From positions 1-24,647 of IMG/VR virus record IMGVR_UViG_3300044724_003874: 24,647 nt of DNA. One strand, written 5' to 3'. The translations under genes were made by a program, and so were the position numbers. This document shows, in pieces, positions 8,109 to 15,766 of the stretch (the first letter of the stretch is position 1; every line of letters starts with the position of its first letter). The notes beneath the pieces were generated by a model that saw only the letters and a program-made list of their open reading frames with translations, did no database searches and had not been told where the DNA came from. The stretch is from a virus (Duplodnaviria > Caudoviricetes).

Positions 8109-9550
8109 CAGCTAGGGATTTCAGGTTGATCTTCAGGCTCGGCTGACTCTTCAGGCATTGCCGGATTAGCCGCAGGCGTTGGCTGATCCATCTCAATCAA
8201 GCCGCCAACCTGTGTTGCCTCTAGCTCTTCCTCGACGTCAAATTCATCGCCAAGAACCTCGCCAGCTTCTAACTGGTTTAACAGCGTGCTTTGAGTGATA
8301 GTTCCTGCCGTGTAGAGCTGCAACAGTGATTGGATCTCTGTCGGCTCCAAACGTGCGGCCAAGAAATCACGGTTAACAAAACTGCTGCCAGCTTGTGGCT
8401 CTTGCAGATAGGCCGCATGAAACCGCAGGCAATTGTCGATCATGTCCTGCATTTGCTGGGCTATGACCATCATCGTTGAATCGCCTTGGCTACGGTCGAT
8501 GCGCTTGGCCTCAGCTGTTTCTGCCGATAACTTTTGACCCAGGACAGCAGCAAGCCCTAGCTCGTTGATCTGCGCTGCAATTTGCTCAAGCCGTTGAAAC
8601 TGCGCGTCGTAGCTTCTTCCACTTGGCTCGATGTATTCAGCGCGGCCTTCCGCTGGAAATGCAATCGCCTCCCCAGGTCCGGCACTTACCTCTTCTGCTG
8701 ACTGCGGGAAACCGTAGAAGGCAAGCAAAGGGACAGCACTCAGGTGCAATTGATTGTCGAGATCAGACTGGACCTGATATGCCTTGAGGTTGAGCTCTGC
8801 AATGTCGGCCATTGGTGGCCGCGACTCCATCAGATTGACGCGGTTGGAATAAGCAACAGAGAACGGGATCTCATCAAGACTGGTTGTGCCTTCATCGACA
8901 ACGCGGAAATCACCTTTTTGATCTTTCTGATGAATCTCAAATGCGCCTGGAGTTAAGACGCGAACCTGCTCAACCTCTTTCTCGCCGTAGTCACCGTCAG
9001 GAATAAGAATCTTTTCCATCAAGCGAAGCTGAGTCAACTTCTGTTGCCCGTCAGTCAGCTCTTGCTTAAACCCAAGAATGTCGCGAGGTGTATAGGTTGC
9101 CCAATAAGGCCGACCATTTGACCCTGCTTGAGGAGCGTCAACAAGAACGCCAACATGTCCATATCTGATGCACTTCCTGGCTGTGTCATAGGTCCAGACG
9201 TTTAGATCGTTGCCTTGAAGATCAACGTCAAAAAGCTGCTCTGTGATCAGATCGCTCACGTCTGTCAACCTGACGGGCTTACGGGTCAACATGCCAGCCA
9301 ACATCCGTTCGAGCCTGACGTAATACGGGGCCAACGTTGAACGAATCAACCTGTTGTCGTATGACTCATCAAGCTCTCTAGGCTCTTGCGGCAAATATTT
9401 TCGATGCTTCTTCCTGATGCCGTAGGTGCCTTGCAAAAGCACTTCAATCAGCTTCCAGTGCGGCTCCTGATTCACCCAGGCTGTGTTCGGGTCGTTGACG
9501 CGAGTAACGCTGCCAACCCGCTGCCTACCACCCGAAAAACCTGAATACAC
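8108..9550 (-). CDS. Portal protein (DUF4055-like)
   Basis: 480 aa after terminase; YLPQEPRE..ESY..RL and YGHVGVLVD motifs. Confidence 0.9.
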   Translation of the reverse strand: MYSGFSGGRQRVGSVTRVNDPNTAWVNQEPHWKLIEVLLQGTYGIRKKHRKYLPQEPRELDESYDNRLIRSTLAPYYVRLERMLAGMLTRKPVRLTDVSDLITEQLFDVDLQGNDLNVWTYDTARKCIRYGHVGVLVDAPQAGSNGRPYWATYTPRDILGFKQELTDGQQKLTQLRLMEKILIPDGDYGEKEVEQVRVLTPGAFEIHQKDQKGDFRVVDEGTTSLDEIPFSVAYSNRVNLMESRPPMADIAELNLKAYQVQSDLDNQLHLSAVPLLAFYGFPQSAEEVSAGPGEAIAFPAEGRAEYIEPSGRSYDAQFQRLEQIAAQINELGLAAVLGQKLSAETAEAKRIDRSQGDSTMMVIAQQMQDMIDNCLRFHAAYLQEPQAGSSFVNRDFLAARLEPTEIQSLLQLYTAGTITQSTLLNQLEAGEVLGDEFDVEEELEATQVGGLIEMDQPTPAANPAMPEESAEPEDQPEIPS

Positions 9551-9577
9551 GTTAAAACCCTGCCTAATCCCTTGAGT

Positions 9578-10927
9578 TTAGTAAAGCCTAATGCCAGTGC
9601 CTCGACCAGCACGCGCATAAAGAGGATTAAATTCGCGCCACACTAAATAGCCCAGGCCATCATTCATGTGGTCATAACCAGCGTCTTTGTCTGGATCGCC
9701 TTTCTCTGTATAACTTTGCAGCTCTAAGCATTCAATCGTTCGCTTGCAGTTGGCCGCGACTTGCAGTCTTACTTCGCCTTTCCCGTTTTCCAACAGAGCT
9801 TGAACAGCAGCCACGCGATCACGAACGGGAGGGTTTGATCTTGGCGATTGATTGGTAAAGCCATAGGACTCCAAGATTTGAATATCGGTTTGGCTGGCGT
9901 TCGTGCTGCGGTTACCGCCTGATGCGTCAGGGTAGGCATAGATGCGACGGTCGGGAAAACGTCGTCGTATTTCTTGAGCCAGTGCGTCAGTGTCATGGGC
10001 ACCGCTGACCTCATCGATCAGCAATAGTTGGTTGCCAAGACGGACAGCGATAACGGCTGACATATTTCCAATATTGAAGTCAACGCCTACGCGGAGGGGC
10101 TCATCTTCAACGTTGGGAATATTTGTGATTACGTGCTTTGCTCGGTCGAAACGGTCGTAGACCTGACCGGTCGTGAGATTGCAGAACTGGCCTTCTAGAT
10201 AAGCCTGCAACAGGCTTGGATCGTAGTTGGCTTGCAGCCGCTCGATGAAGTCTTGGGGCAGGTGTGGATTGTCTGCCGAACGCATCCTAATAAGTTTGCG
10301 ATCAGGGCGCTGCTGCGCCTCCTCTGTGCCAAACGTGCTCCACATCCAGCGAAAGCCTTCAGGCGTTGATGCGGCAGCAAACTGACGAACGTTGCCAGCG
10401 CGAAGACGGCCAAGGATCTTAGGAAACGCCTTTTCTGCTATTGATGGCGTCACCGTGTCAATTTCATCAGCAAGAACCCAAGCAAGGTTTAAGCCAATGA
10501 TGCGTGACCAATTCTCAAACGACCGGCATAGGATTTTGGTGTTGCCGCCAGGCAAATGCAGAACATATTCAGGAAGCGGTGATGCTCTAAACGTGTACGG
10601 GATTTCGTAGCTTTCCAAAAAAGCCTCGAAATCATTCATCCAAATATCACGGATTAATGGCCCTGTCGGCTCCATCACGCAACCCACAAACCCTTGATTC
10701 AAAGCAGCAAGAACCACAGCTTTTGCAGCTAAAGATCGCGTTTTTCCCGCTCCATAGCCTGCCGACAAGCCAATGATTTCAGTTGTATTGTCCTCTACAA
10801 AAGCAAGCTGGCCAGGGTGTAAATCAGATTTGATTTGAGTTACCAGGCTTTGTATATCAATTTCAGAGTTGTCTTCCCCGATTCGATGCAGAACAGAACC
10901 GGTTGAGATGTGATCAAGGATCGTCAC
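9578..10927 (-). CDS. terL: Terminase large subunit
   Basis: Walker A AGYGAGKT, Walker B WVLADE, STPEG, nuclease GVDFN and DHMNDG. Confidence 0.95.
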   Translation of the reverse strand: MTILDHISTGSVLHRIGEDNSEIDIQSLVTQIKSDLHPGQLAFVEDNTTEIIGLSAGYGAGKTRSLAAKAVVLAALNQGFVGCVMEPTGPLIRDIWMNDFEAFLESYEIPYTFRASPLPEYVLHLPGGNTKILCRSFENWSRIIGLNLAWVLADEIDTVTPSIAEKAFPKILGRLRAGNVRQFAAASTPEGFRWMWSTFGTEEAQQRPDRKLIRMRSADNPHLPQDFIERLQANYDPSLLQAYLEGQFCNLTTGQVYDRFDRAKHVITNIPNVEDEPLRVGVDFNIGNMSAVIAVRLGNQLLLIDEVSGAHDTDALAQEIRRRFPDRRIYAYPDASGGNRSTNASQTDIQILESYGFTNQSPRSNPPVRDRVAAVQALLENGKGEVRLQVAANCKRTIECLELQSYTEKGDPDKDAGYDHMNDGLGYLVWREFNPLYARAGRGTGIRLY

Positions 10928-11244
10928 TGAAGCACTTGCGCGATCTGCGCTGCGGTCTTAATGCAGCCCAGTGCAGCACCAAGGTTGTTCTGTTTCCTCG
11001 CTTCCTTTTGCAGGGTGGCAAGCTGGGCCAGGATCTCTGCTGTAAAAGTCAGCCGGTCCGTTTCCCAGTCAGCCCGGATAAGGTCGCGTGCCTTGGCGAT
11101 ATAGGTGTCTGTGGTGCGTTCTGCGGCCTCCCATTCCTTTGCTGCGTACTGCATGATTTCGGATCGCACAGCACCGTTGGACAGGAGACGGGCGACGCGA
11201 TTGACCCTCATGTCCATTTCAATTTTTGTTGACTTCTTACTCAT
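10924..11244 (-). CDS. terS: Terminase small subunit (putative)
   Basis: About 106 aa helical HTH-like protein overlapping the terL start (ATGA). Confidence 0.65.
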   Translation of the reverse strand: MSKKSTKIEMDMRVNRVARLLSNGAVRSEIMQYAAKEWEAAERTTDTYIAKARDLIRADWETDRLTFTAEILAQLATLQKEARKQNNLGAALGCIKTAAQIAQVLQ

Positions 11245-12749
11245 CAATCCTCCTTAGTTGCAAGAACCGCTTTTTCTCCAGTGAAGCTTTCCCACCTCTT
11301 CACGATAACGTCGCAATATTCAGCTTTGAGTTCCACGGTGTAGCAGCGTCGATTTGTGACCTGTGCGCCTATAAGAGTGGAGCCAGAACCGCCAAAGGGT
11401 TCAAGGCACAGCCCATTTTGTGGAAGGCTTGAAAGCATGACGCGCTTCATCATGTCAACAGGCTTTGGAGTTGCGTGGCCGTGCCTTTCGTCGCCATGAA
11501 CGCGGGAGAACTCCCAAACGTCGCGCATCGCTTCATGAGCATTGTCAAAATATGACCTAGCAGCTGTTGGACTTGCAGGCCCTCCTTTTACTTTTTTCCA
11601 TTCTGAATTAATCGACCGCCAGGGGCGTTGAAATAGGCCGGTGAATTTTTTCTGAAGAGTGACGTAATGCTTTTCAGGAATAAGCGTGAACTGAGAGCGT
11701 GTGAACCAATGGCCGTACATCTGAACACCGCATAGCTCTTTTAATTTGCCTGGATCCAATCCTGCGGCTTTTGCTTGTGTCTCAAGGTAAAAGCGAAGCG
11801 ATTCCCACGTTTCAGGAAAGTCTTCGGTGTTAATACTGCCCCGGAACTGGTTTCCAATTTGAAAGAACAAGCAATGCTCTGTTGTTGTTGGATATGTAAC
11901 TTGAGACGGTGACTTCATGCCAGGAATGCACTTTTTATCCCAAACGATTTGGTTGCAAAGTTCCATCACTTCTGAATCACCAAGACCAGCTTTATACCAA
12001 AGCCGCCAAAGTTCGGGAGCGTTTCCCCAGATGTAAGCGGAGGCGTTGTCCTCAAGGTATGGGCGAAAGGTTGCCCACCATTCCATTTGAAAGTTGTCGA
12101 GCTTCTCGTCATAGAGGTTGTCATTAGCTACACCTTCTGAAGCCTTGCCCATGCCATACGGAGGATCAGCATGAAGCAATGCCGCCTTTTCTCCACCGAG
12201 CAAACGCTCAATGTCGGTGGGGCAGGTTGAATCACCACAGAGAACGCGATGCTTCCCAAGGATCCAAAGGTCACCTGGTTTAGTGATGGGATCCTCTGGG
12301 GGTTCTGGTACGTCGTCAGGATCGGTGTTGCCTTCTTCTGGTTCGAGTTCAGTGACGGCTAGAAGTTCATCAAGGTCGTCTTGGTCAAACCAAGGGCTGA
12401 TGTCATGTTCTTCTGAGAGCTGATGCAGCATCTCCTGATCCCACTCGCTGAGATCAGCCGTACGGTTGTCAGCAAGAGCTAGGCCGACCTTTTGCTCTTC
12501 TGTTAGGCCCGTGCGTTTAACGGCGATGATCTCGTCACCGTTAGTTTCAATAATGCGTAGGTTCTTGATGCCTGCGGCTTTCGCCCCATCGATAGTGCCA
12601 TTACCCGCAAGAATGCGATTCTCTTCATCAATAACGATGGAACGTGCAGCTCCGTAACGCTGCAAGGATTCTTTGATGAGTTCTGAAGACCGATCAGTTC
12701 TACGTCGTGCGTTTTTGTGATCGGACTTGAGTTCGCTTATAAAACTCAC
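11244..12749 (-). CDS. ParB-like domain fused to an N6/N4 DNA methyltransferase (beta class)
   Basis: N-terminal NAR..I..SL..YG..RSIVID...LAGNG..ADNRTA; GDLWILG.HR..CGDS; DPPY before H.TPKPV and EPFGGSGST. Confidence 0.9.
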   Translation of the reverse strand: MSFISELKSDHKNARRRTDRSSELIKESLQRYGAARSIVIDEENRILAGNGTIDGAKAAGIKNLRIIETNGDEIIAVKRTGLTEEQKVGLALADNRTADLSEWDQEMLHQLSEEHDISPWFDQDDLDELLAVTELEPEEGNTDPDDVPEPPEDPITKPGDLWILGKHRVLCGDSTCPTDIERLLGGEKAALLHADPPYGMGKASEGVANDNLYDEKLDNFQMEWWATFRPYLEDNASAYIWGNAPELWRLWYKAGLGDSEVMELCNQIVWDKKCIPGMKSPSQVTYPTTTEHCLFFQIGNQFRGSINTEDFPETWESLRFYLETQAKAAGLDPGKLKELCGVQMYGHWFTRSQFTLIPEKHYVTLQKKFTGLFQRPWRSINSEWKKVKGGPASPTAARSYFDNAHEAMRDVWEFSRVHGDERHGHATPKPVDMMKRVMLSSLPQNGLCLEPFGGSGSTLIGAQVTNRRCYTVELKAEYCDVIVKRWESFTGEKAVLATKED

Positions 12750-12784
12750 GAAGTGATTTATATCTTATGAGCAGGGTAGCTTAT

Positions 12785-12994
12785 TTAAAGGGGCGTTTCG
12801 CCTTGAGCGAGGAGCCAGGCGCGTTGGAGTTGATGGATTTTACGGACGGCGAACAGGTGAGAGGGGCAAAAACCCTCAATCGTCCCAATGCGGATTCTGA
12901 GCGATCCATCGGGTTCTGTCGAGATTTTGGCATTGGGAATAGAGCTTGGCGATCCTGCGTTCATGGAGTTTGAAGGCTCTAAGGTCGTTAGCAT
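12785..12994 (-). CDS. Hypothetical protein (resembles 15142-15327)
   Basis: Operon strand; DGS..I...G...SHL...KI.QL motif; start uncertain. Confidence 0.55.
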   Translation of the reverse strand: MLTTLEPSNSMNAGSPSSIPNAKISTEPDGSLRIRIGTIEGFCPSHLFAVRKIHQLQRAWLLAQGETPL

Positions 12995-13027
12995 TTTGGA
13001 GGAGGCGGAGCTTGGTGTCGAGAGATT

Positions 13028-13267
13028 TCATAGGTCTTGAGTTGGCATTGGGTATAGATAGGCCTTGAGGTGTGCTTCCTTGAGGGCTTCAAGGTCAACA
13101 CCCTTAGCTATCAAAACAGCCTCGTAAAACTTGGTGAGAGCAGGTCGTGGCTTGCCGTTGCCTTTTGCCGGGATAACGTATCCGCAAGCTTCAGCTGCCT
13201 GCGATGCAGGCACATCGCCAAGTTTTTTAACTTTGTCAAGGAGGCTTTGGCTCGTAAGTTTTTGCAT
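13028..13267 (-). CDS. Truncated cyanobacterial AbrB-like (cyAbrB) protein, N-terminal domain only
   Basis: LT...LL.KVK.LGDV......ACGYV........R...T.FYEA.L.AKGV matches the recalled cyAbrB N-terminus. Confidence 0.75.
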   Translation of the reverse strand: MQKLTSQSLLDKVKKLGDVPASQAAEACGYVIPAKGNGKPRPALTKFYEAVLIAKGVDLEALKEAHLKAYLYPMPTQDL

Positions 13268-13303
13268 TTGCTTAGTGTCGAGGTAAATGTTTAAAAAGTG
13301 TGA

Positions 13304-13412
13304 TGCCGGGAGATGGATCGCGCCACTAACGCGCCCTGCTTTTCCTTTGTCACCTGTTCAAGGTTTTGTATAGCTTTCAGCCGGATGGGGTTCGGCATCG
13401 GGCTTCCCGGCA
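13304..13412 (-). ncRNA. Candidate structured RNA / leader
   Basis: Intergenic 109 nt closed by an 8 bp inverted repeat TGCCGGGA/TCCCGGCA, with internal hairpins. Confidence 0.45.
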
Positions 13413-13417
13413 AGTGT

Positions 13418-13612
13418 TTAGCCAAAGCCGTTAGCTGGCTTGCGGGTGGGTTTTAATTCTTTAGTTTTGAGTTTTTCGACCATACGTCTGGCTTGTCTAA
13501 TAGTCATTCCAGAGTTGCCGTCAGTCATTCCATCCTGACCAACTTTTTTTGCTCCGCGCCTTGGGCAAAGAATGCCTTCAATGCCTGATATGCCGTGATT
13601 GAGGTTAGCCAT
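13418..13612 (-). CDS. Hypothetical protein
   Basis: 64 aa, tightly packed on the operon strand. Confidence 0.6.
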   Translation of the reverse strand: MANLNHGISGIEGILCPRRGAKKVGQDGMTDGNSGMTIRQARRMVEKLKTKELKPTRKPANGFG

Positions 13613-13614
13613 GT

Positions 13615-13821
13615 TTAGAAGGGGCAGGTTTCGATTGTGTAGGCCAGGCCGTCGAGGATGGCGTCATCGGTTAGCTCTTTGAGTTCGTCTTGGTTCAGAG
13701 CCCATTCTTGCCAAGCTTCTGTGATGACAAAGAAGGTTGGTTCAACGGTTGGGACTGGTTGAGCGTCTTCTATGCGTTGAAGAGCTTCGTAAGTGCGTAG
13801 TGAGGCTTCGTGAAAATCCAT
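13615..13821 (-). CDS. Acidic hypothetical protein
   Basis: 68 aa, ends in CPF, tightly packed. Confidence 0.6.
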   Translation of the reverse strand: MDFHEASLRTYEALQRIEDAQPVPTVEPTFFVITEAWQEWALNQDELKELTDDAILDGLAYTIETCPF

Positions 13822-13841
13822 GGATGCTTCTCAGCGGTAAA

Positions 13842-13863
13842 GGGAAAAGGGGCCGAAGCCCCT
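13842..13863 (-). terminator. Rho-independent terminator
   Basis: AGGGGC-TTCG-GCCCCT followed by TTT, 5 nt after the stop of 13869-14090. Confidence 0.7.
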
Positions 13864-13868
13864 AATGA

Positions 13869-14090
13869 TCAAAAGGTCTGCGAGCAAGTGATGTCAACGG
13901 TTGCGTTGTTGAAAGGCTTAGCGGTTGCGAGGAATCGGGATGCAGCGCGGATACCTGTGAAGTGTCCACCGCAAAATTCAACTGCTGCTCTGTGTGCGTC
14001 GCGTTCAGCGGTGCTGCCTGAGAAGTAGAAAAGCACTGAGCTTTCCCAGGGCTGGGCAGTGTTGCGGAGGCGGACGGCGAACTCAGTCAT
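13869..14090 (-). CDS. Hypothetical protein in its own promoter-terminator unit
   Basis: 73 aa between the promoter at 14142-14170 and the terminator. Confidence 0.6.
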   Translation of the reverse strand: MTEFAVRLRNTAQPWESSVLFYFSGSTAERDAHRAAVEFCGGHFTGIRAASRFLATAKPFNNATVDITCSQTF

Positions 14091-14141
14091 TTTAAAAACC
14101 AGCTACAGGGCTGGAAGCGGTGCCATCTCTGGCTTGAACTA

Positions 14142-14170
14142 ATGGTAGACCATTGGCCAGGATTTGGCAA
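14142..14170 (-). promoter_or_regulatory. Sigma70-type promoter
   Basis: TTGCCA-17 bp-TACCAT. Confidence 0.65.
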
Positions 14171-14178
14171 GCACTTGG

Positions 14179-14502
14179 TCAGATCACTGTTCGCGTTTGA
14201 CTGTTGGGGTCAGAATCATCCAAAGCGTGGGCCTCAGGACCAAAGCCTTCGCGCTTGATTGCCTCTAGATCAAGAGCTGGTTGAGCCTTAGGCGCTTCTA
14301 AACCGTCCAAGAACGCATCAATAGCCTCACGGGTTGGCGTGCCTTTAGGCCACTTGATCCAACGCATCATCTCCCTGCGGTCATAGAACAGGCGAGAGGT
14401 GTGAGGCTTCCATGCGACGAAGTACGGGCTGGGCCCCTCCCTGACGATGTGCTGCTCAATAAGCAAGGCTCCAGGGACGTGAAAACTTTTGGGCTTGAGC
14501 AT
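14179..14502 (-). CDS. Hypothetical protein
   Basis: 107 aa, 2 nt after the upstream stop. Confidence 0.65.
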   Translation of the reverse strand: MLKPKSFHVPGALLIEQHIVREGPSPYFVAWKPHTSRLFYDRREMMRWIKWPKGTPTREAIDAFLDGLEAPKAQPALDLEAIKREGFGPEAHALDDSDPNSQTRTVI

Positions 14503-14504
14503 GA

Positions 14505-14771
14505 TCAGAGATCAACAAGTTGATTGGTTCCAGCTTTGACGATCTTGATTTGGCTCCCATTTGTTCGCCAATTGCCAAGAACGACTTTGTGTTCAGCTGG
14601 GTCGATGACCTCCTCACAAGACTGCAAGCTGTAAAAATTTTTACCGCATAGCTTGCATTTTCTGTATCTAACGATCTTGCCGTTAGGTGCGTAAAAAGTC
14701 CTTACAGCTTTGGTTTCATCCTGACCGCATCCTGGACAGGGTGGATGAGGGTAGAGAGTTTTAACGGCCAT
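14505..14771 (-). CDS. Zinc-ribbon protein (NrdR N-terminus-like)
   Basis: CPGC...T......VRYRKCKLCGKNF; start reassigned to MAVKTL. Confidence 0.65.
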   Translation of the reverse strand: MAVKTLYPHPPCPGCGQDETKAVRTFYAPNGKIVRYRKCKLCGKNFYSLQSCEEVIDPAEHKVVLGNWRTNGSQIKIVKAGTNQLVDL

Positions 14772-14898
14772 AGCCTCCTTTTTTGCGTTCTCTGTAAGCC
14801 TCAAGAAAAGCTTTCTCAAGGGTTGTTGGTTTGAGTTCTGGGTTTGCGTCTAGCTCTAAAACACGGCGACGCATAGCGAGTAAATTTTCCTCGTTCAT
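14761..14898 (-). CDS. Small hypothetical protein
   Basis: MNEENLL... start with ATGA overlap on the upstream stop. Confidence 0.5.
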   Translation of the reverse strand: MNEENLLAMRRRVLELDANPELKPTTLEKAFLEAYRERKKGGYGR

Positions 14899-15101
14899 GC
14901 CTTTGCCGCAGCCGTAGTTAGCCATTTGCGTGGAGTTGATGCAGAGACGCCATAGCGGGCAGCAATGGCCTTCCATGTGTAGCCATTAGAGCGCATACGT
15001 TTGATGCGTGCATTCCTTGACTCTGTTGCGTACAAAAGCAAGAGGACAGGGATTGTCAAAACTGCCAACAGGGTGGCAGCCAAACAGGTAAAAGTTGTCA
15101 T
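14895..15101 (-). CDS. Membrane-anchored helix-turn-helix protein
   Basis: Hydrophobic N-terminus followed by R..G.TWKAIAARYGVS.ST.RKW. Confidence 0.65.
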   Translation of the reverse strand: MTTFTCLAATLLAVLTIPVLLLLYATESRNARIKRMRSNGYTWKAIAARYGVSASTPRKWLTTAAAKA

Positions 15102-15138
15102 TGGGAAAAGCTCAGTGAACCCGTCTCCGGGGAATCAG

Positions 15139-15167
15139 ATATTACCTTGCTGGCATACCACTGTCAA
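15139..15167 (-). promoter_or_regulatory. Sigma70-type promoter with palindrome in the spacer
   Basis: TTGACA-17 bp-TAATAT; TGGTATGCCA in the spacer. Confidence 0.75.
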
Positions 15168-15327
15168 GTAGTTGAGCCTTGCGAGCAATGACGGCTTTTA
15201 ATTGATTGATCTTAGTTTCAGTGAGATGCATGGACGACACCCAGCCAAGCTCAGTCAGGCCGCTTTCAGCGTCAGTAACGACGATTTCAACAGTGCCGTC
15301 ATCCAAGGTGCGAGTGGTTGAAGTCAT
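15142..15327 (-). CDS. Hypothetical protein
   Basis: 61 aa; DDGTVEI...GWVSSMHL...KINQL. Confidence 0.6.
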   Translation of the reverse strand: MTSTTRTLDDGTVEIVVTDAESGLTELGWVSSMHLTETKINQLKAVIARKAQLLDSGMPAR

Positions 15328-15457
15328 TGTTCAGTAATTAGGCGAAGTGCTGGAGTAAGGCTCACGCGCCAAACCCCTTGCCGTTGGCACTTCAGGCAAC
15401 GGAGGACAAGCCAACTTTTGAATTGGCTTTGCGAGCATAGCCATCAAGACGCAAGGG

Positions 15458-15766
15458 TCAAGCCTTTTTGTTTTTGTTGGCAGCCATAGCGCAAATTACT
15501 GTGCAGACGATAGGTTCCACGCGGTGACGTGCAATGTCTGGAAACATTCGCGTTACGGCCAAAACAGCGCGATCGATCGTGTCTCGACCTGAGTCCAAGT
15601 GAACAGAGGGCTTGATTGATTTTTTGGCTGGAGGGTTAACAGCAGAGGCGATCGCTTCTTTGATCAAAGCTGAACGCGGCATCCGACGCTTATGAGCTTG
15701 CGCGTCAAGAAACTCCAGCTCTGTATCAGTCAGCCGAATGCTGACTCGGTTCAATTCGCTAGTCAT
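15458..15766 (-). CDS. Ribbon-helix-helix (CopG-like) domain protein
   Basis: RVSIRLT..E...LD..A.....RSALI..AI. Confidence 0.7.
   Translation of the reverse strand: MTSELNRVSIRLTDTELEFLDAQAHKRRMPRSALIKEAIASAVNPPAKKSIKPSVHLDSGRDTIDRAVLAVTRMFPDIARHRVEPIVCTVICAMAANKNKKA

Noticed and set aside
12755-12762. TATAAATC resembling a T4 late promoter
   Set aside because: Imperfect single match and no phage sigma factor in the window
300-12973. Plus-strand ORFs in the structural region
   Set aside because: Antisense shadows of well-supported minus-strand genes
13360-13385. Hammerhead-like CUGA core in the RNA candidate
   Set aside because: Reads CUGAAAG rather than CUGANGA and the three-stem arrangement is not evident
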